Source: an uncultured bacterium
Lineage (GTDB): Bacteria; Elusimicrobiota; Elusimicrobia; Elusimicrobiales; Elusimicrobiaceae
Assembly: GCA_949291545.1 (NCBI GenBank)
Contig: CASEWB010000009.1
Span: forward strand, 201,874-265,873
Length of the DNA stretch: 64,000 nucleotides
Direction: 5' to 3'
Under the pieces are notes generated by a model. The model searched no databases and had not been told where the DNA came from. It saw only the letters and a list, made by a program, of their open reading frames with translations. Shown one piece after another: positions 8,977 through 16,051 of the stretch. The translations under genes were made by a program, and so were the position numbers. Position 1 is the stretch's first letter. Every line of letters starts with the position of its first letter.

Positions 8977-9018
8977 ATTCGGACAGAAATTTGTCGTTTC
9001 TGTCCGAATTTGTTTTAA
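8977..9018 (+). terminator. Rho-independent terminator of the methylase operon
   Basis: Perfect 13-bp stem attcggacagaaa / tttctgtccgaat with a 7-nt loop, followed by ttgttttaat. Confidence 0.8.
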
Positions 9019-9096
9019 TAGAGTTGTAGTAGCAAGTTTGTGTGACTCGTTTTGGAGCCGTAAAGGCAACGATTTAGACGAATTTACCGTCTAAAT

Positions 9097-9181
9097 GGTG
9101 ATCAAGCCAAGATGAGGTCATGGTTTTGCTGTGCCCAGCTGGGCATGGTGGCGATGACCCATTTCTGAGCGTTTGATCACC
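9097..9181 (+). other. GC-rich nested-stem element containing a perfect 14-nt palindrome
   Basis: The outer stem is ggtgatcaa (9097-9105) / ttgatcacc (9173-9181) and the middle stem is ggtcat / atgacc. The apex is tgcccagctgggca (9132-9145). It sits in the non-coding gap upstream of the PD-(D/E)XK gene. Confidence 0.45.
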
Positions 9182-9222
9182 CTCAAAGTGCGGTCGTCGC
9201 TTTTTTATACCCTCTTTTTGAT

Positions 9223-9242
9223 AAAACGACCAACCTTTGTCG
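9223..9242 (+). promoter_or_regulatory. Leader motif AAAACGACC-N7-GTCG, copy 1 of 3 (candidate operator)
   Basis: aaaacgacc aaccttt gtcg lies 56 nt upstream of the ATG at 9279. The same motif and spacing precede the ATG at 14719. Confidence 0.5.
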
Positions 9243-9278
9243 CTTAATAGAGCTATACTATTGAAAAGGAGGATTTTT

Positions 9279-10508
9279 ATGAATAACTCCCAGCAAGAGC
9301 AACTTACCAGCCTGTACAATCTGATCAAAGATCCTAATTTGGCGATTTTAGAAAGCAAGTTACAAGAATTTAATATATTTTCAATTCTTAATTTAAGTCG
9401 CCAAGAAATACGCCATTCTACAATGCTGGCTTGGTTATTTAATCCCCAAGCAAACCACCATTTGGGGACAGCTCCTTTAAAAGGATTACTGTTACAATTA
9501 CCAGAAAACTATCAGCACGATGCTCTGCTACATATTTCCAACCTAAATCCTGCCGAAGTTGAAGTATCAACGGAAAGTGACACCGAAACAGGACGTATTG
9601 ATATATTAATCAAAGGAAAAGAATTTATTATTGGTATTGAAAATAAAATTGATACAACCGATGCCCCTGGTCAACTGGCTAAATATGCCCGATACATCAA
9701 CCAACAGTTTGCACACATACCATCTAAGTATTTATTATATTTAACACCTAATGGTTTACAGCCAAAAGAATCAGAAAATGAAATTATACAGTTATCATAT
9801 ACGGATATCACACACTTAGTTGAACATTTACTAATTACAATTCCTAATATGTCCACTCAAGTACAGACCTTACTTTTGCAATATCAACAATTAATTCAAA
9901 GAGAGATTACTATGGAAGATAATGAAATTAAAAAATTATGTTCTCAATTATATGAAGCTCATAAAGACGCGATCGAAACAATTCTTGAGTACAAGATAGA
10001 TATCCAAGCTAAAATTAGTAACCTTTTAAGCCAACGTCTTCAAACCGAAGGAAATGAAATTCACATTTATCGTGATAGCAAATGTTTTTTTAATTTTTCC
10101 CCTTCTTCTTGGGAAAAGTATGACTTTGCCCAAGTTCCTCAAGGAGTTTGGTTGAAAGATTGTAAAGACTTAATTCTATTTGAATTTTTTAACGACAAGA
10201 AAAATCTTCAAGTTAAATTAGTAGTGGGCCCTACCGGAGAAAGCAAAAAAGCAGAAGAAATCAAACAAAAATTATTAAAAAGAATACCAGACAATTTTAA
10301 AAAACGATCATCTGGCAAAAAATGGACCACGATTTACTCTAAACAATTATTACAATATAAAGACCTAAACATTACCGAGGAAACCGAAAATCACTTCAAC
10401 AATAAATTAGATCAATGGTTAAATGATGAATATCCCAAACTTGTTTCCCAAATTGATGAAATAATGCAGCAACTCCAACAGGACTATGAAAGAGAAAACG
10501 CTCAATAA
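9279..10508 (+). CDS. PD-(D/E)XK nuclease family protein (PDDEXK_4-like)
   Basis: Start chosen at the ATG 7 nt after aaggagg; the track ORF starts at TTG 9237. Motifs are FNIFSILNLSRQEIRHSTMLAWLFNPQANHHLG and GRIDILIKGKEFIIGIENKID (D...ExK). Confidence 0.7.
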   Translation: MNNSQQEQLTSLYNLIKDPNLAILESKLQEFNIFSILNLSRQEIRHSTMLAWLFNPQANHHLGTAPLKGLLLQLPENYQHDALLHISNLNPAEVEVSTESDTETGRIDILIKGKEFIIGIENKIDTTDAPGQLAKYARYINQQFAHIPSKYLLYLTPNGLQPKESENEIIQLSYTDITHLVEHLLITIPNMSTQVQTLLLQYQQLIQREITMEDNEIKKLCSQLYEAHKDAIETILEYKIDIQAKISNLLSQRLQTEGNEIHIYRDSKCFFNFSPSSWEKYDFAQVPQGVWLKDCKDLILFEFFNDKKNLQVKLVVGPTGESKKAEEIKQKLLKRIPDNFKKRSSGKKWTTIYSKQLLQYKDLNITEETENHFNNKLDQWLNDEYPKLVSQIDEIMQQLQQDYERENAQ

Positions 10509-11406
10509 ATTAACCCGTACGATTTACCTGCTTAATGTTTTGGACGGCGGGCATATTGATATCCCTCGCGAAGCAGAAGAACTGGGCGTAACCGTACGAA
10601 CAATTCAACGGGATATTCTTAATTTAGAAGCGGCGGGCATCCCGCTCTATAAAGTTAAACCGGGGACTTATAGTTTCACGGAAGGTTTTTCCTTAAAAAA
10701 ACTACAATTATCCAAGGAAGAACTATCCGCTCTTGTATTGCTTTCAGCACTGGCAAAACCGTTTGGCTCTCGGTTTGAAAACCTAATCTCTAATTTAAAT
10801 CAACGACTTATACGGCCTTTAAAGGAATCTCCATATTATTTCCAAATTACTTCTTCAACCTATGAAAAATCCCCCATCACGCAGGCATTAGAACAGGCCA
10901 TCAACACCCACACGGCCGTATATTTAACATTTGCGGCGGATCCCGCCAAAAAACTGAATTATTATCTGCAACCGCTCAAATTACTACACTCTGGCGGATT
11001 TTGGTATGTGTTTGGCTTAAACGACCGAACACAAATCAAAACATTACGTTTGGACCGCATTTTAGAGATCAAAAACACACAAGAGGCTTTCAAACCCTCC
11101 AAAACAGCGTTAGAAGCTTTAAAAGCAAGTACCAGCGTATTCTTTAACGAACAAGCAAAAACCCGCGTAATTTTGAAAATTGAGGGAACTATTGCCTCTT
11201 ATTTTGAGAAACGGAACTATTTTCCCAGACAAAAAATTTTAACCAAACATTCAGATGAGAGCCTAACACTTGAAACAACTATTTCCCAAAACGAAGAAGT
11301 ATTGCTTCCCCTAATGCCTTGGCTGCCTTACATTCATATTGTAGAACCCCTCTCTTTAAAGCATACGCTACATGATATGCTAAAGAAATATCTTCAACAG
11401 AATTAA
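10486..11406 (+). CDS. HTH + WYL-domain transcriptional regulator (YafY/BrxR/CapW-like)
   Basis: 306 aa. The N-terminal wHTH is LGVTVRTIQRDILNLEAAGIPL. The WYL-type core is HSGGFWYVFGLNDRTQIKTLRLDRI. It overlaps the nuclease gene by 23 nt. Confidence 0.75.
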   Translation: MKEKTLNKLTRTIYLLNVLDGGHIDIPREAEELGVTVRTIQRDILNLEAAGIPLYKVKPGTYSFTEGFSLKKLQLSKEELSALVLLSALAKPFGSRFENLISNLNQRLIRPLKESPYYFQITSSTYEKSPITQALEQAINTHTAVYLTFAADPAKKLNYYLQPLKLLHSGGFWYVFGLNDRTQIKTLRLDRILEIKNTQEAFKPSKTALEALKASTSVFFNEQAKTRVILKIEGTIASYFEKRNYFPRQKILTKHSDESLTLETTISQNEEVLLPLMPWLPYIHIVEPLSLKHTLHDMLKKYLQQN

Positions 11407-11414
11407 CTTGACTA

Positions 11415-11450
11415 TCCCTCCCATGTAAGCGGTAATATACGTGGGAGGGA
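11415..11450 (+). promoter_or_regulatory. Hairpin sequestering the Shine-Dalgarno of the DUF2924 gene
   Basis: tccctcccatgt (11415-11426) pairs with acgtgggaggga (11439-11450), giving 12 bp with one G-U. The right arm contains the SD GGGAGGG for the ATG at 11453. Confidence 0.5.
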
Positions 11451-11452
11451 AT

Positions 11453-11857
11453 ATGCAATATCCAAAAACACTAACAAACGAAGAATTGGTTAAAATCTGG
11501 GCCCAGTATATTAAAAAACCGATGCCCAATTTGCGAAACTCCTTGCTGATTAGATATATCACGTGGTATAAACAAGCCTACGAAAATAAAATCAATCCGA
11601 AGCATTTCTTCAGACGACTCGCTCAAGCACAGAAAAACCTAGAACAAGGTAAAACAGACATCCTACAAGAAAAAACTTTTCCCGTAGGCTCTTGCTTAGT
11701 GCGCTCTTATAAAGGCGTTCAGTACAAAGTGGAAATCGTTTCAAACGGCTATTTGTATAGTAGCAAAACATACAAGAGCTTATCCGCCATCGCTCGGGAA
11801 ATCACAGGCAAACAATGGAATGGGAAAGTATTTTTTGGAGTCAAAAATGATAAATAA
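11453..11857 (+). CDS. DUF2924 protein (recombinase-associated)
   Basis: C-terminal YKSLSAIAREITGKQWNGKVFFGVK matches the DUF2924 signature (SLSAIAR.ITG..W.G..FFG). It lies immediately upstream of, and overlaps, a serine recombinase gene, which is the usual arrangement. Confidence 0.75.
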   Translation: MQYPKTLTNEELVKIWAQYIKKPMPNLRNSLLIRYITWYKQAYENKINPKHFFRRLAQAQKNLEQGKTDILQEKTFPVGSCLVRSYKGVQYKVEIVSNGYLYSSKTYKSLSAIAREITGKQWNGKVFFGVKNDK

Positions 11858-13472
11858 ACCTATCCGATGCGCCATTTATACGCGAAAATCATCCGAAGAG
11901 GGGCTGGATCAGGACTTTAACAGCCTGCAAGCTCAACGGGAGGCATGTGAAGCGTATATCAAAAGCCAAAAATCGGAGCATTGGTTTTTGATTCCAACGG
12001 CCTATGACGACGGAGGATATTCCGGCGGCACATTGGAACGCCCAGCCCTGCAACAATTACTCGCGGACGTAAAAGCGGGGAAAATTGATATTATCGTCGT
12101 CTACAAAATAGACCGTTTAACCCGCAGTTTAATGGATTTCAGCAAAATTATAGAAGTGCTCGACGTCCACCAAGCGTCTTTTGTGTCTATTACACAACAC
12201 TTTAATACTACAACCAGCATGGGCCGCTTAACGCTTAACATGCTGTTATCTTTTGCACAATTTGAACGGGAAGTAACGGCGGAACGCATCCGGGACAAAT
12301 ACGCCGCCAGCAAAAAGAAGGGAATGTGGATGGGCGGATATCCCCCTTTTGGCTACGAACGCAAGGACAAGAAACTCATCCCCCACCCACAACAAGCCGC
12401 TATATTAAAGTCTTTGTTCAAACAATATCATTCATTAAAAAGCGTAGGGAAACTATTGGATTGGGTCCGGGAAAATAATGTTCAAACCTCTTTGGGTAAG
12501 CCCTTCACCAAGATTAACCTGCATCGCATCTTATCCAACCGGGTTTACATCGGGGAAGTTGGGCATAAAGGGACATGGTATCCGGGCCTGCATCAAGCAT
12601 TAGTCAGCACAGAGCTTTTCTCTTCCGTTCAGCAAATTATTGAAGACCACCAGGTAAATCGTGTGCGGCATGACACACACCCCAGTTTTTTAGCCGGCAA
12701 ACTGTTTGACGATAACGGGAACCGTATGAGCCCAAAAGCTAGCGGTTCCGGCAACAAGAAAAGACGGTACTATACCAGCCAAGCCATGATTAAGCAGGAA
12801 AGAGAAAAACTAGGCGTTATTACACAAGTTCCAGCTGGAGAGCTAGAAAATTTTGTTACCCAACGATTAAAAGAACTGTTAACTTCTCCGGCATTTTTAA
12901 CCCCGCTGTTATCAAACATCCATATATCCTTACAACAAGATATTGAAAAACAACTCCCACAGTTATCGCTATCTACTGAAACAAGAAGATTACTCGTTGC
13001 AAGAGTTGATTTATTTCCCAATACGTTAAAATTGACCGTATCTCCCGCCCAAATCAGAGAATTTTTACTCTCTTTAGCGGAAAACCGCCCGTTTAAACTT
13101 ATCCCCGCAGATTCGCTTGAAAGTTTCGAATATCCTTTCCAAATCAGACGGGCGTGCAAAGGAAAAAAGATTATTTTAGGAACTGAAAATCCTATCCCTA
13201 ATTATCCCAAAGAACCATTAGTTAGAATTATTTGTCAAAGTTATACTTTGCGGGAAAAACTATTCTCCGGCCAGGCCTCCTCTATTTTAGAATTGGCGAA
13301 GCAAGAAGGTTATACTGACAGCTATATATCCCGATTATTAGAAATATCCTTCTTACCCGCCAGAACTATTTTGGATATCCTATCCGGCGCTTCAAAAGAA
13401 GTTTTAAGCGTTAAAGATTTACTCAAGTTAAAAAACGACCGAAGGCTGTCGCGAGAGGATATTAAAATATAA
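11847..13472 (+). CDS. Large serine recombinase (resolvase/invertase N-domain + recombinase + C-terminal extension)
   Basis: IRCAIYTRKSSEEGLDQDFNSLQAQREACEAYI contains the catalytic Ser region. Also present are VVYKIDRLTRSL and SFAQFEREVTAERIRD. Start set at MINKP; the track ORF begins at 11820. Confidence 0.9.
   Translation: MINKPIRCAIYTRKSSEEGLDQDFNSLQAQREACEAYIKSQKSEHWFLIPTAYDDGGYSGGTLERPALQQLLADVKAGKIDIIVVYKIDRLTRSLMDFSKIIEVLDVHQASFVSITQHFNTTTSMGRLTLNMLLSFAQFEREVTAERIRDKYAASKKKGMWMGGYPPFGYERKDKKLIPHPQQAAILKSLFKQYHSLKSVGKLLDWVRENNVQTSLGKPFTKINLHRILSNRVYIGEVGHKGTWYPGLHQALVSTELFSSVQQIIEDHQVNRVRHDTHPSFLAGKLFDDNGNRMSPKASGSGNKKRRYYTSQAMIKQEREKLGVITQVPAGELENFVTQRLKELLTSPAFLTPLLSNIHISLQQDIEKQLPQLSLSTETRRLLVARVDLFPNTLKLTVSPAQIREFLLSLAENRPFKLIPADSLESFEYPFQIRRACKGKKIILGTENPIPNYPKEPLVRIICQSYTLREKLFSGQASSILELAKQEGYTDSYISRLLEISFLPARTILDILSGASKEVLSVKDLLKLKNDRRLSREDIKI
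13441..13461 (+). repeat. Leader motif copy 2 (aaaaacgaccgaaggctgtcg), inside the 3' end of the recombinase gene
   Basis: 20/21 identical to 14664-14684. It has the same AAAACGACC-N7-GTCG architecture as 9223-9242. Confidence 0.6.
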
Positions 13473-13661
13473 AAGAGAGATAAACAGAAATGTCCAAAAT
13501 GTTGAGAGTAAGAAGCTCTTTCAAATAATAAAAATTACCTAAATAAGCTCGTTATATTGCTTCGCAGGAGTAAATAGGAAATAAAGGCGGTCATTAAAAG
13601 GCATAAAGTTCCCCAACCTTACTGGAGAAACCAGCCACAGGACTGCAAACAGGGAGATTAT

Positions 13662-14483
13662 ATGTACTTTGTAGAAGAAATAGCTCACATGTATAGCAAA
13701 AAACTGCAAAACACTTGGCAAACGCTTAAAAAGCCCTCAAAAGAAACTATAAAATGTCCGAGTAAAAAGTTAGAAGAGTTTTTTACGGAATTTACCCTGG
13801 GGGAATGCTATCTTTTTGCCGGCAGTCAGCACTATATGGCATTTTCCCATTTTAGAGCTTGGTTACTACACTATTGTATGCAGCAAGTTTTAAATGTGGA
13901 AATTATTGGTCAGCAAATACGTCCCGAGGAAGATTTCAAGTGGCTTCTCTCTTTAGAGAGTGGTATTAGTTTTCCCAAACTTTCGTTTTTGGAAAAAGCA
14001 GATAAAGACAAACAAGAAATTATAGGCAAAGCTGTCAGCGCTCTCAGAACTAAAAAAGTTACCTGGTGCAATTTTAAAGGTGCATTTTATGAAACTAACA
14101 GTTCTGTTTTATTCTTTTCAGTTCCCTTAAAAGAATGGCAGAAAGGACGATATCATCTCTTTTCCAAAATAGCTAAGGAAACAAAGAAGTTAATTTTTGT
14201 TTTTATCTATATGGACCAGTTAAAAGATATGCGGCATGAAAATCCATATTATTTATCTTTATCAGATTTGTATAACGAAGATTTACCTCTTATTACGGAA
14301 GAATATGGAACATCTCTGGGGCTTATATATCCCAGCTGGCCTATGTGGAAAGAATCATGGTTAGAAGAAAAAACCTCTGACATTACACTTCAGCTACATG
14401 GTATTAGTCGGATCAAAAGGAATTATTTGTTCTTCTCTATTAATAAGCAAGAAAAATTAGAGGATTATGATAGTATAGACTGA
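13662..14483 (+). CDS. Degenerate DnaB C-terminal-domain-like protein (P-loop lost)
   Basis: 273 aa that can be aligned by eye with the next ORF. LGECYLFAGSQHYMAFSHF sits where GKLTFVASKPGQGKTAF (Walker A) would be. LIFVFIYMDQLKD sits where LVTIDYFQLIKG (Walker B) would be. Confidence 0.45.
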   Translation: MYFVEEIAHMYSKKLQNTWQTLKKPSKETIKCPSKKLEEFFTEFTLGECYLFAGSQHYMAFSHFRAWLLHYCMQQVLNVEIIGQQIRPEEDFKWLLSLESGISFPKLSFLEKADKDKQEIIGKAVSALRTKKVTWCNFKGAFYETNSSVLFFSVPLKEWQKGRYHLFSKIAKETKKLIFVFIYMDQLKDMRHENPYYLSLSDLYNEDLPLITEEYGTSLGLIYPSWPMWKESWLEEKTSDITLQLHGISRIKRNYLFFSINKQEKLEDYDSID

Positions 14484-14663
14484 TCAAAAAAATAAATCCC
14501 ATTACTTTATGTTTTCCAGAGAGCATCTAATTTGCCCATAGGCCTTCTTGTAATAAAAACTAACAAATTGGGGCAAAACCTATGCTGAAAAAGAGAAAAT
14601 AACTTAATAAGAATATCTATCACCAAGCTGTTTACTCTTGGTGCTGAAGATTTACCCAATTTC

Positions 14664-14684
14664 AAAAACGACCGAAGCCTGTCG
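14664..14684 (+). repeat. Leader motif copy 3 (aaaaacgaccgaagcctgtcg), 55 nt upstream of ATG 14719
   Basis: Near-perfect direct repeat of 13441-13461. Downstream, aaaaaggagga-N4-ATG mirrors the 9223 copy (gaaaaggagga-N7-ATG). Confidence 0.6.
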
Positions 14685-14718
14685 TAAAGACGATTCAAAC
14701 TGTAAAAAAGGAGGAAAT

Positions 14719-15465
14719 ATGCATATAAATAAACATTTTATCCCAACCGGTATCCAATCATTAGACGCCGCCATTGGCGGATTAAAAACAGGCAAGCTGA
14801 CCTTTGTAGCATCCAAACCGGGGCAAGGAAAAACGGCTTTCCTGGCAAATGTGGTAGCACACACTACCGTGTCGCAGCATATTCCGACGGTTATTTTCTC
14901 TATAGAAATGGGGAGGAACAGTCTTTATGAACGCTTAGTAGCCAAAATAAGCAAGATCAAAATTGAACTTTTAAGAAACGGTTATTTTTCCCGGGAACAA
15001 CACAAACGGCTTATTCAGCCGGCATTAGATAGTCTGCAGAAGTCCCCGTTGTATATTGATGATACAGCCGTTATCAACATGGAAGAGATTTGTCAGCGGA
15101 CACGCCGGCTATATAAAGAATTATCCCAGACGTGTGTAAAGCTTAAATTAGTGACTATAGATTATTTCCAATTGATTAAAGGGGCGCAAGCCGAAACAAA
15201 CCACATATTGGCACAACTGAGAGAGCTGGCCCGCGACCTGCAAATTGCCATTATAATTTCTATACAATGCAAACGCCATGAGGACAATATCCAACCGTCC
15301 TTGTCCGATATTCGCATCCCAACAATGGATATACAAAAAGAAGATAAAATTATTTTCCTATACGGGGACGCTAGCGATACGATTAATCTATCCGTCTACA
15401 CGGCAGAGCATATGTCCAACACCCTACAAATTCCATTTGATAAAGGCAGTGGGCACATGGGATAA
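14719..15465 (+). CDS. DnaB-family helicase C-terminal (RecA-like ATPase) domain only
   Basis: Start at MHINK after aaggagg. Motifs are TGIQSLDAAIGGLKTGKLTFVASKPGQGKTAFLANV, VIFSIEMGRNSLYERL, PLYIDDTAVINMEEI, LVTIDYFQLI and SLSDIR. The N-terminal DnaB domain is absent. Confidence 0.75.
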   Translation: MHINKHFIPTGIQSLDAAIGGLKTGKLTFVASKPGQGKTAFLANVVAHTTVSQHIPTVIFSIEMGRNSLYERLVAKISKIKIELLRNGYFSREQHKRLIQPALDSLQKSPLYIDDTAVINMEEICQRTRRLYKELSQTCVKLKLVTIDYFQLIKGAQAETNHILAQLRELARDLQIAIIISIQCKRHEDNIQPSLSDIRIPTMDIQKEDKIIFLYGDASDTINLSVYTAEHMSNTLQIPFDKGSGHMG

Positions 15466-15466
15466 T

Positions 15467-16030
15467 TTACTGTTTATTTTCCTTTTTTAGTTTATTAACA
15501 TACTTTTGCAAGTATCCTTCTATTTGGAAATAGCGCAAAACAGCGGATTTGCTTAAATCATAGCTACGTCTGGAGGCAAATTCTTTTAACTCATTAATAG
15601 CGGCTAAATATCGCTCATTTACCACCAATTCGAGTTGGATTTGCAGTTCTTCTTGCAGTTGCATTTGCACATCTTTGACCGCTTGCAATGCATTATATTT
15701 CGCCCCCATTTTTGACACTTTTACCACCGGACTCCATAACATATAGACTTTTCGAAAAGAAGGAAAATGGGCATCAATATAACTCTTATCTTTTTTAAAT
15801 TTCTGAATAAATTTATTCGTTGTATTGGGACGCTTTGTCTTCGTGTTTACATATTGTAAACCCAGGACATGTGCCGCCACCTCACAAACATATATAGTAT
15901 TCTGAGCCATTTGCAAACCGATAACGTCTATTTCAGTTTGATGAGGCCCCTTTACGTTATATTCCACAAAATCACATTTTTTGATGTGACGCAACCATTC
16001 CCCGGTTAATTCTTCCGCTATATTAGGCAT
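15467..16030 (-). CDS. Hypothetical protein, possible restriction-endonuclease-fold N-domain
   Basis: 187 aa. AEELTGEWL...TEIDVIGLQ...IYVCEVAAH resembles an E...D...ExK core but lacks the Lys. The stop codon is 1 nt from the stop of the convergent DnaB-like gene. Confidence 0.35.
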   Translation of the reverse strand: MPNIAEELTGEWLRHIKKCDFVEYNVKGPHQTEIDVIGLQMAQNTIYVCEVAAHVLGLQYVNTKTKRPNTTNKFIQKFKKDKSYIDAHFPSFRKVYMLWSPVVKVSKMGAKYNALQAVKDVQMQLQEELQIQLELVVNERYLAAINELKEFASRRSYDLSKSAVLRYFQIEGYLQKYVNKLKKENKQ

Positions 16031-16051
16031 AATCCTCTTCCTCTGATTAGT

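Noticed and set aside
9074-9358. 94-aa minus-strand ORF in the gap between the methylase operon and the PD-(D/E)XK gene
   Set aside because: It runs antisense across the nested hairpin and over the start and RBS of the plus-strand nuclease gene. It has no RBS and an odd composition, so it is probably not coding.
13500-13538. 12-codon mini-ORF (MSKMLRVRSSFK) after the first leader-motif copy
   Set aside because: It has a weak RBS and is very short. It is more likely a decayed remnant of a duplicated gene start than a real peptide gene. It is mentioned only in the repeat finding.
14638-14718. N-terminal extensions offered by the ORF track (for example 14638 for the DnaB-like gene, 35477, 55565, 38539, 21496-22248, 54573)
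   Set aside because: In each case an internal ATG with a good RBS and/or a signal peptide gives a protein matching the family N-terminus. The extensions overlap upstream genes, terminators or regulatory repeats.
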